From Leptolyngbyaceae cyanobacterium (GTDB lineage: Bacteria; Cyanobacteriota; Cyanobacteriia; Phormidesmidales; Phormidesmidaceae): a stretch of 64,000 nt of DNA. Location of the stretch: assembly GCA_965263355.1 (NCBI GenBank), contig CBDHHL010000056.1, positions 1,120,001 through 1,184,000 on the forward strand, in the 5' to 3' direction. The translations under genes and the position numbers were made by a program. Positions 43,060 to 50,792 of this stretch are shown piece by piece (positions within the stretch are counted from its first letter, which is position 1; every line of letters begins with the position of its first letter). The notes beneath the pieces were generated by a model, which had not been told where the DNA came from, did no database searches, and saw only the letters and a list, made by a program, of their open reading frames with translations.

Positions 43060-45696
43060 ATGCAGCCATCTAATCCCGATAAATTTACCGCCAAGGCATG
43101 GGATGCCATCGTTGAAGCTCAAGAGGTAGCTCGGCGTTTTCGTCAGCAATATCTTGAGGTTGAGCATGTGATGATTGCGCTGCTTGAGCAGCAGGGGCTG
43201 GCGGATACGGTTTTGACTAAGGGGGGGCTGGCCCCAGAACTTATTCTGCAAGAGTTAGAAACCTTTGCCCAACGTCAGGCACGGGCACGGGCATCGGCGG
43301 ATAGTAGTTTGTACCTGGGACAAAGTCTTGACCGCATGCTCGATCAGGCAGAGGCGGCCCGCCAACTGCTGCAGGACGATATTATCTCAGTTGAGCATTT
43401 GTTACTGGGGTTTGCTGAAGACGAGCGCATTGGCCGCCGACTGCTACAGGGATTTGAGCTGGATGTCTCTGATATTCGGGCTGCTATTAATCAGGTTCGG
43501 GGTAAGCAAAAGGCCACTGGACAGAATCCAGAGGATTCTTACGAAGCCCTGGAGAAATATGGCCGGGATCTGACCGAAGAAGCTAAGCATGGTAAGCTCG
43601 ACCCGGTGATTGGCCGTGATGAAGAAATCCGCCGGGTGATTCAGGTGGTTTCACGGCGCACTAAGAATAACCCTGTTTTGATTGGGGAACCGGGTGTGGG
43701 CAAAACTGCCATTGCAGAAGGCTTGGCCCAACGGATTGTCAATGGTGATGTACCTGAGTCACTGAAGGATCGTCAGCTGATTTCCTTGGATATCGGTAGC
43801 CTGATTGCCGGAGCAAAATATCGAGGTGAATTTGAAGAACGGCTGCGCTCGGTACTTAAGGAAGTGGCGGAGTCAGATGGTCAGGTGGTGCTGTTTATTG
43901 ATGAGCTACACACGGTGGTAGGGGCCGGTGGCGGGAACAGCAACGTAGATGCGGGCAATTTGCTCAAACCGATTTTGGCCCGTGGCGAGCTGCGGTGCAT
44001 TGGGGCGACTACGTTAGATGAGTATCGTAAACACATTGAGAAGGACGCAGCGTTAGAGCGTCGCTTTCAGCAGGTTTATATTGGTCAGCCCAGTGTCGAA
44101 GATGCCATTTCGATTTTGCGGGGTTTGAAGGAACGCTATGAGGCCCATCATGGTGTAAAAATTGTTGATTCTGCCTTAGTGGCGGCAGCGACGTTATCGG
44201 ATCGCTACATTAGCGATCGCTTTTTACCTGATAAGGCGATTGATCTAATTGATGAGGCTGCCGCCAAGCTAAAAATGGAGATTACCTCCAAGCCAGTGGA
44301 GTTAGAGACCATTGATCGACGATTGCGTCAGCTAGAAATGGAAAAACTCTCTCTCCAGGGAGAGGAGGCCACATCTCGCACATCCAAACAGCGCTTAACG
44401 CGGATTAATAAAGAGGTTGAAAAACTCTCTGTAAAACAACAGAAATTAACCGCCCAGTGGCAGTCTGAAAAACAGGCTCTAGACGCCATTAAAGCGCTAA
44501 AGCAAGAAGAAGATCAGCTGCGAGTCCAGGTAGAGCAAGCAGAGCGCGCCTATGATCTAAACCGGGCCGCCCAGATAAAGTATGGACGCTTAGAAGCTGT
44601 ACAACAAGAGCTAGAGATTTTAGACGGTCAGCTGCAGGAGATGCAAGACAAGGGGGCTACACTACTGCGAGAACAGGTCAGTGAAGCCGATATTGCCGAA
44701 ATTGTCGCTAACTGGACAGGAATTCCTGTAAATCGGCTAATGGAAACGGAACGGCAGAAGTTGTTGCAGTTAGAAGGCTACCTACATCAGCGAGTAATCG
44801 GACAAAGTGAGGCGGTGACCGCTGTAGCTGCTGCGATTCGCCGTGCCCGAGCAGGGATGAAAGATCCGGGTAGACCGATTGGCTCATTTTTGTTTATGGG
44901 ACCGACGGGTGTGGGTAAAACAGAGTTAGCTCGGGCTTTAGCTGACTGTCTGTTTGATACCGAAGAAGCCCTGGTACGGGTGGATATGTCGGAGTATATG
45001 GAAAAACATTCCGTGGCTCGATTGATTGGTGCCCCTCCCGGATATGTTGGCTATGAAGAGGGGGGACAGTTGTCCGAGGCGGTGCGACGACATCCCTATT
45101 CTGTGGTGCTGTTGGATGAGGTAGAGAAGGCCCATCCAGATGTATTTAACATTTTGCTGCAGGTCCTGGACGATGGCCGGATTACCGATTCCCAGGGACG
45201 GACGGTGGACTTCCGCAATACGGTGATTGTGATGACCAGTAACATTGGTAGTGATCACATTCTGGATGTAGCTGGGGATGACTCACAGTTTGATGAAATG
45301 CAGGAGCGGGTTCTGGGGGCATTGCGGGGTCATTTTCGGCCAGAGTTTCTCAATCGAGTGGATGATTTAATAATCTTCCATCCGTTAAGTAAGGAAGAGC
45401 TACGCTCAATTGTGACAATTCAGCTGAAGCGTTTGTATAAACTGTTGGCGGATCAGAAAATTGCTCTACAGGTTTCAGAGTCGGCCATAGACTATGTGGC
45501 AGATAAAGGCTACGACCCTGTCTACGGGGCTAGGCCACTGAAGCGAGCCATTCAGAGGGAATTAGAAAACCCGATCGCAACCAAAATTTTAGAAAACACC
45601 TTTGTCGAAGGCAGTAAAGTGGTAATTGACTACATTGACGACCGGCTTAAGTTTCAGGTGAAGAAAGCCGAGACCTTGGATGAGAAGGCGGCCTAG
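43060..45696 (+). CDS. clpB: ATP-dependent chaperone ClpB
   Basis: Two AAA+ modules ([16 protein letters not shown]), long M-domain coiled coil, GARPLKR. Confidence 0.97.
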   Translation: MQPSNPDKFTAKAWDAIVEAQEVARRFRQQYLEVEHVMIALLEQQGLADTVLTKGGLAPELILQELETFAQRQARARASADSSLYLGQSLDRMLDQAEAARQLLQDDIISVEHLLLGFAEDERIGRRLLQGFELDVSDIRAAINQVRGKQKATGQNPEDSYEALEKYGRDLTEEAKHGKLDPVIGRDEEIRRVIQVVSRRTKNNPVLIGEPGVGKTAIAEGLAQRIVNGDVPESLKDRQLISLDIGSLIAGAKYRGEFEERLRSVLKEVAESDGQVVLFIDELHTVVGAGGGNSNVDAGNLLKPILARGELRCIGATTLDEYRKHIEKDAALERRFQQVYIGQPSVEDAISILRGLKERYEAHHGVKIVDSALVAAATLSDRYISDRFLPDKAIDLIDEAAAKLKMEITSKPVELETIDRRLRQLEMEKLSLQGEEATSRTSKQRLTRINKEVEKLSVKQQKLTAQWQSEKQALDAIKALKQEEDQLRVQVEQAERAYDLNRAAQIKYGRLEAVQQELEILDGQLQEMQDKGATLLREQVSEADIAEIVANWTGIPVNRLMETERQKLLQLEGYLHQRVIGQSEAVTAVAAAIRRARAGMKDPGRPIGSFLFMGPTGVGKTELARALADCLFDTEEALVRVDMSEYMEKHSVARLIGAPPGYVGYEEGGQLSEAVRRHPYSVVLLDEVEKAHPDVFNILLQVLDDGRITDSQGRTVDFRNTVIVMTSNIGSDHILDVAGDDSQFDEMQERVLGALRGHFRPEFLNRVDDLIIFHPLSKEELRSIVTIQLKRLYKLLADQKIALQVSESAIDYVADKGYDPVYGARPLKRAIQRELENPIATKILENTFVEGSKVVIDYIDDRLKFQVKKAETLDEKAA

Positions 45697-45819
45697 TGCA
45701 TCGTCAAAGCTAAAAATTCGGGTTGGTTACGGATGAAGAGTGACGGGTAAAGGGTGACTCTTCATCCTTTTGGACTCTTTAACTGTTTTACCCGAAATCT
45801 TAGGCTTGACAGACCACTA
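45694..45819. mobile_element. 126-bp MITE-like element with ~30-bp imperfect terminal inverted repeats and an internal hairpin
   Basis: Left end TAGTGCATCGTCAAAGCTAAAAATTCGGGT, right end ACCCGAAATCTTAGGCTTGACAGACCACTA, TA at both ends; internal GGATGAAGAGT...ACTCTTCATCC. Confidence 0.72.
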
Positions 45820-45831
45820 AGTAAACTTACT

Positions 45832-45868
45832 AAAACAGCCCCCGATGTTTCCATAGACATCGAGGGCT
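45832..45868 (-). terminator. Intrinsic terminator, minus strand
   Basis: Minus strand reads AGCCCTCGATGT-loop-ACATCGGGGGCT followed by GTTTT. Confidence 0.65.
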
Positions 45869-46012
45869 ATTGCATACTTGAAAATCATTGATCCGATGGT
45901 AAATGCAGCGGGTCAAACGGACCTTGATGTTGTCAAATTCTTTAATGAAAGCTAGCTATGGGTAAATGCAGCGTCTTTCACTCTGATTTTGGTTGATTGC
46001 TTTAATGGCAGC

Positions 46013-46165
46013 CTATGATGTCCGAGCACCTTCAATGATACATACATCAATTGCACCCTCTATGCCTGATTTTGTCTGACTTATGCGTTCCAACATGGTA
46101 AGTACAAATCCTTGCGGGGGAAGGTAGCTTGGACGCTTAGCATTCATCACCATAGCCTTGACCAT
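46013..46165 (-). CDS. Putative 50-aa small ORF (leader-peptide-like)
   Basis: GAGGAAG RBS before MVKAMVMNAKRPSYLPPQGF...; ORF opens at 46213; no recognisable homology. Confidence 0.3.
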   Translation of the reverse strand: MVKAMVMNAKRPSYLPPQGFVLTMLERISQTKSGIEGAIDVCIIEGARTS

Positions 46166-46307
46166 AGCTTCCTCTATGCTGCCACCTTCCAAAATCGTGC
46201 TGATTATCCACATATGTACGTAATCGAGAGAACATATTTACATAATCTTTGTATAAGGAGTAAAAATCATCAGCCAATTTAACTAGATATTTATCCAGGA
46301 ATGTAAA

Positions 46308-46377
46308 TAAACCTTTTTGCGTCTAAAACGGTCATTTCTCCGTAAAAACCTACAGATTTCAACGGGGACGTGGTTTA
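46308..46377 (-). repeat. 73-bp repeat family, copy 4 (70 bp, inverted)
   Basis: Reverse complement reads TAAACCACGTCCCCGTTGAAATCTGTAGG...GACCGTTTTAGACGCAAAAAGGTTTA. Confidence 0.8.
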
Positions 46378-46859
46378 AATGTTCGTTTGTTCGAGTGCTA
46401 AGGCCTGAACGTAAAACGTCAGGTCAAGGGGGCAATTGGCCGGTCAAAGCTTAATGTTGTCGGGGGAGCAGTATGCCACTTATTTAAGCGGATATCCAGT
46501 GGCTGAATAACTGCGATCGCAATGATAAGAAACTAGCCAGTAGCAAAAAGCCTTACCCAATCAAGGATATAGGGCTGTTTTACGTGCATCCTGTGTAAGC
46601 ATCCTATGGATTGATGTGAAGTTAATGCAAAAGAATCCACTGTGCCACTTAAGCCAACTTGCCAAAGGTGGCCCATTGGCTGCTGGAGGATTGATAATTT
46701 AGTAATGCGTTCGCAGTCTACGACAAATGGCTGATTTTTCTGCGATGTTCCGGAAATCAGTTTGGTGATAAGGACGTAAATGTAACTACGAATATCAGCG
46801 GAGCACTACTAACAGAATCAATAGAGACCTAAGTTCTAAGTATAAGGAAGTTTAAGCAA

Positions 46860-47039
46860 ATGTTAACGACAGTAGCTTCACCCTTACCCCGCAATCAAAT
46901 ACTTTCTACGATTGATGATGGGGCTAAGCGTCAGCAAGTTCCTCAGCCTTGGCGTAAGTTAATGGTTAGGGTCTTTTTGCAGCCGTTTTTATGGGCCGCT
47001 TGGTTTCGGTCAAGGGTCATTCTCCGTGAAGATTGGTAA
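46860..47039 (+). CDS. Putative 59-aa small basic protein (below the ORF-track cutoff)
   Basis: TAAGGAAG RBS-like site; MLTTVASPLPRNQILSTIDDGAKRQQVPQPWRKLMVRVFLQPFLWAAWFRSRVILREDW. Confidence 0.45.
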   Translation: MLTTVASPLPRNQILSTIDDGAKRQQVPQPWRKLMVRVFLQPFLWAAWFRSRVILREDW

Positions 47040-47079
47040 GCTATTTCCTTAATCAAGATTGGTAAGCTATTTCCTTAAT
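47029..47079. repeat. Exact 25-bp tandem duplication AAGATTGGTAAGCTATTTCCTTAAT
   Basis: Copies at 47029-47053 and 47055-47079. Confidence 0.9.
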
Positions 47080-47199
47080 ATTGGGGTCTTTCTTAGATAG
47101 ACCCTACCCTTCAAACGGGTCTACGGATTGCTAAAGCAGGCGTCTGTAGGCCCGTTTACTCAAACTATTAAAATAGTGGCGACGCATTCCATCGGTTGC

Positions 47200-47631
47200 A
47201 TGAGAAATCGCCATCACCCAAGTCGCTGGGCTGCTGTACGACTTGATAAGCGCAGTGGACTGCCCCAGACAGCAGGTGTTTATGCGGTGATTAAACGCAA
47301 AAAGATTTACTATATTGGCTTTTCAACCAACTTAAATCGAAGATGGCGAGGCAAGGGCCATCATCGGTTTGCCCAGGCTAACCAGTTAGGGCAGCCTAAT
47401 TTGCACTATTTACCGTTGTCCAAGGAATACGCACGAGCGGCTGAAAAGATACTAATTGCTAAATACAGGCCCCCCTGGAATTATTCCAAGGTGCCTGTAG
47501 TGGTTAAGAAGATTAACTGGATAAAGAGAATCGCTATGGCCGCTGCCGGTTTATTGGTGTTGTTTATTTCGAGTCGTAATCTGGTGCTGGGGCTGATGGC
47601 AGCGGTAGTTGCAATTTTACTGTTTCGCTAG
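47200..47631 (+). CDS. GIY-YIG nuclease-domain protein with C-terminal hydrophobic helices
   Basis: LP..AGVYAV, YYIG.S.NL.RRW..HHR, E..LI..Y.PPWN; hydrophobic tail; ATG 47200 preferred over TTG 47128. Confidence 0.82.
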   Translation: MRNRHHPSRWAAVRLDKRSGLPQTAGVYAVIKRKKIYYIGFSTNLNRRWRGKGHHRFAQANQLGQPNLHYLPLSKEYARAAEKILIAKYRPPWNYSKVPVVVKKINWIKRIAMAAAGLLVLFISSRNLVLGLMAAVVAILLFR

Positions 47632-48212
47632 GCTTCGTCAGACTCTGTTAGGTTGCGTTTGCGGATAGCCGCGAAGCCCATACCTAAAAGACCTGGAATA
47701 AGCGCAGGTGTTGGAATGGCCTCTGTATCAAGGTCTACAACAGCATAAAAAGCCGTGCTACCAGGGTCCAATAGACTACCAACAAATGGACCACCAGCTA
47801 TAGTGTTTCCATCGTAAGTGGTAAACGCAGCACTCCCAAATGAGGCTCTACCGTAAATGAAAAGAGGGCCAACAACAAAGTCATCGGTGCCATTAGGGTT
47901 GCTAAATTCGCTGTTTTCAAGACTAAACTGGTTAAAAGCATCAGTCGCCAGCTCGAATGCTATAGTCTCGTCGAATTCTATATCTTCACCATCTATGCCT
48001 TCAATAAACCAAGGGACCAAGTCTAGAAAATTGGCTCTGCCCCTAAGCTCATCAAAAGTGGTTTCTTCTACCGTGACGTTATAATCGTCTCCGCTAGTTG
48101 TTGTGAGGGTCAGGGTCAGAGCCTCAGCAGGAGCAGCAGATAGAGCTACCGTAGTAATAGCAGCAAGACTAGCGAAAAATGTAACAGAACTAGCAACTTT
48201 GCACATTCTCAT
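47628..48212 (-). CDS. PTPA-CTERM (PEP-CTERM-like) sorted surface protein
   Basis: Signal peptide ending APAEA; C-terminal IPTPALIPGLLGMGFAAIRKR sorting signal. Confidence 0.88.
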   Translation of the reverse strand: MRMCKVASSVTFFASLAAITTVALSAAPAEALTLTLTTTSGDDYNVTVEETTFDELRGRANFLDLVPWFIEGIDGEDIEFDETIAFELATDAFNQFSLENSEFSNPNGTDDFVVGPLFIYGRASFGSAAFTTYDGNTIAGGPFVGSLLDPGSTAFYAVVDLDTEAIPTPALIPGLLGMGFAAIRKRNLTESDEA

Positions 48213-48583
48213 GGTGAAATCTGGAAAAACAGCAAAATAAGCTGGATCGATACACAGTTCTCTATACGGAACAAAAGGATTTGCTTAGGGTGAAAACGTA
48301 AATTAGAACATTAAGTAGTAAAAAGTTTATCGTTAGGTCAAGAATTAAAAAAGATAACTATTAAACCTTTTCCTTCAAGTTTAGATAGAGATAGAAACTA
48401 TAGGAAATTTTTTCAACGTTCTAAAGCCTACTTTTGGTTAGTTTCGTAAACCAGCTCTGCCTTTATATAGCGTTTCTCACATATATTGAATACCCCCCAC
48501 TCACTCCCACGGACACCGCCAGAATGTATTTATCTTAGTCAGGAGTCGCTATACAACCACCCTACTATCATTAACAAAGAACA

Positions 48584-49045
48584 ATGTTATCTAATATTCT
48601 TATTGTTGAAGACAGCCAAGGTAGACGAGAAATTGTACTTGATAGCTCTGTCTATTCCATTGGCCGTGATCCAACATGCGATGTTTGTTTAGCCTCACAG
48701 TTTGTCAGTAGACACCATGCGACATTAGTACAGCTTCCTAGAGATGATAAGACTTACGACTACCGGATTGTAGATGGCAATCTAGAGGGTAAATCCAGTG
48801 CTAATGGCGTATTGGTTAACGGTCGTAAACTACAAGCGCATGACCTCAAGAATGAAGATGAAATTGTTTTTGGTCCCCAAGCGCGTGCCATCTACTATCG
48901 CCTAAATCGAGATACCACAGACACTGTGCCCCCGAATTACTTTGACCCCAATGATCCTGCAAACTGTCCTCGGCCCTTATCCCCTTTGGCACCTACATTT
49001 GGAGCAGAAGCGATACCGGACAATGGAGAAAGCCATATTCCCTAG
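48584..49045 (+). CDS. FHA domain protein
   Basis: IGRD, SQFVSRHHA, S.NG, L...DEIVFG. Confidence 0.9.
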   Translation: MLSNILIVEDSQGRREIVLDSSVYSIGRDPTCDVCLASQFVSRHHATLVQLPRDDKTYDYRIVDGNLEGKSSANGVLVNGRKLQAHDLKNEDEIVFGPQARAIYYRLNRDTTDTVPPNYFDPNDPANCPRPLSPLAPTFGAEAIPDNGESHIP

Positions 49046-49269
49046 ACCGTTGTAAACTGCTTATATACTTCAATGCTGGTAATGCAGAGATAGATAGTAA
49101 TTGGCTCGGTAAAGGAAATTTTAACTGTAGCTGTTATCTATAAATATTTTTCGTCAAGCATTTCGATAACAGCGAGATAACCCAAAGACCCTAAAACTGG
49201 GAGTTTGGGGGCATGAATAACGCCTGTCCATCACCAAACTCCCTACTTCTCTTCTGCCTTAACTCTCTC

Positions 49270-50790
49270 CTACCTTGAGAAGAAGTTATCCTTCTTGCGA
49301 ACAAACAGATCCGTAAAGAAGGAGATAACCGTGCGCTTTTCTGTCTTGATATTTGCATTTAGCGACATACCAGACTGTAGCGTATAGGTTTCACCCCTAG
49401 ATTCGAGGACCTGAGACTGCAGCTGAATCTCTGCCGGGAATCGATAGAATGGATAAACCTCATCGGGGGGTAAGGCGTCAGAACCAATGCTGATTAGGTG
49501 ACCGTCGATGTCGCCGTACTCACTATAGGTAAACGCATCAATCCGCACATCAACTGCCTTACACTCAGCCTTGATGCCTGCCTGGTCCTCAGCTCGAACC
49601 GCAGCACGACAATCATCGGTTAACTGAACAAAACCGATGTCTTTGTTAGGAATAAAGACGCGGGCAATCAGGTTCTCTTGGGGAACAATTTCTAAAATCG
49701 GTTCGGTGGAGTTAGCGGCATAGCCAGGCTGGTTGGCCTTGAGGTTAAACACAACGCCACTGACAGGGGCTGTTAGCTCACGAAACTGTAATTGTTCTTC
49801 GAGCTGGGCAATGCGACTACCTAGTTCTTGTCGTTGGGTCTCATTTTGTAAGACCGCCTGCCCCAGGTCACTGTCAATGGATGAAATGCGCTCACGATTC
49901 GTACGAATCTGGTCGCGACGGATGCGTTCAAATTCGAAATCGGCACGGGCAATTTCTGCCTCAGCCTGCTTAATTTGAGCATCAAGACGGCTAATTTCAT
50001 CCTTGAGCGTATTAACCCGAGTGATGCGAGTGCTCACTTCTTGTTCTTGTTGTAGTCGACTGAGTTCTGCAACAGCGCCCTCTTCTTCTAGCCACTGTAA
50101 TCGGCTGAGAATTTCGTCATTGGTGTCCAGGTCGTTTTCAGCGTTGATCAATTCAAACCGTGCCTGACTTAATCGGGCTTGTAGGTCAGTAATTTGCTCA
50201 CGGTTTTGAGTTTGCCGAGCCTGGACTTCTTCCCTGGCAATATCCACATCGGCAGCAGCGACGGCAGATAGGTCACTGGTATCACCATCAATTTGGGCTT
50301 GATAAATTTGGTTGCTGGCTTCTAATTCGTTTCGTTCTTCTAATCGCTGTTGTAAATCTCCAGCAACGGCCCCTGTAACCACAATGTCACTACCATTGCC
50401 ATTTTGGGCGCGATAAATTTCTGTCTGGTCTGAGAGATATTCACGAATGCTGAGTAACGATTCTAGCTCGGCTTTGGCAGCTGCTTGGTTAAACGTAATT
50501 AATACATCCCCTTTTTTTACCAGATCGCCTTCCTTAACATGGATTTTTTCGATCACACCGCCACTGGGGGTTTGGACTGGCTGTACCACGCCTACGGGTT
50601 CTAACTTGCCCTGGGCTGGGATGGTTTCTTCCACCTTGGCCAGAAACGCCCACAGAACGCAAATGCTTGTAACGCTCAGAATGGCCCACACAATCGCCCG
50701 TGACCACACCGGGGACTGCCGTAAGATGACGGGCTGGTCGAAGGGTTGGACCTGACTGGCACCGTTGTTTTGTAGTTGTTGAGATGTCAT
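49270..50790 (-). CDS. HlyD-family type I secretion membrane-fusion protein
   Basis: N-terminal TM, GKLEP, VKEGD.V.KG, coiled coil, APVSG.V, DIGFV, LQSGM. Confidence 0.92.
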   Translation of the reverse strand: MTSQQLQNNGASQVQPFDQPVILRQSPVWSRAIVWAILSVTSICVLWAFLAKVEETIPAQGKLEPVGVVQPVQTPSGGVIEKIHVKEGDLVKKGDVLITFNQAAAKAELESLLSIREYLSDQTEIYRAQNGNGSDIVVTGAVAGDLQQRLEERNELEASNQIYQAQIDGDTSDLSAVAAADVDIAREEVQARQTQNREQITDLQARLSQARFELINAENDLDTNDEILSRLQWLEEEGAVAELSRLQQEQEVSTRITRVNTLKDEISRLDAQIKQAEAEIARADFEFERIRRDQIRTNRERISSIDSDLGQAVLQNETQRQELGSRIAQLEEQLQFRELTAPVSGVVFNLKANQPGYAANSTEPILEIVPQENLIARVFIPNKDIGFVQLTDDCRAAVRAEDQAGIKAECKAVDVRIDAFTYSEYGDIDGHLISIGSDALPPDEVYPFYRFPAEIQLQSQVLESRGETYTLQSGMSLNANIKTEKRTVISFFTDLFVRKKDNFFSR

Positions 50791-50792
50791 GA

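Noticed and set aside
45898..45973. Two 13-bp repeats 63 bp apart as a mini-CRISPR
   Set aside because: Only two short copies, and the intervening sequences are related to each other rather than unique spacers
46380..46800. Riboswitch, tRNA or known ncRNA in the long intergenic region
   Set aside because: Only short hairpins and a repeated TGCCACTTA 9-mer; no recognisable consensus by eye. An Rfam search would be needed.
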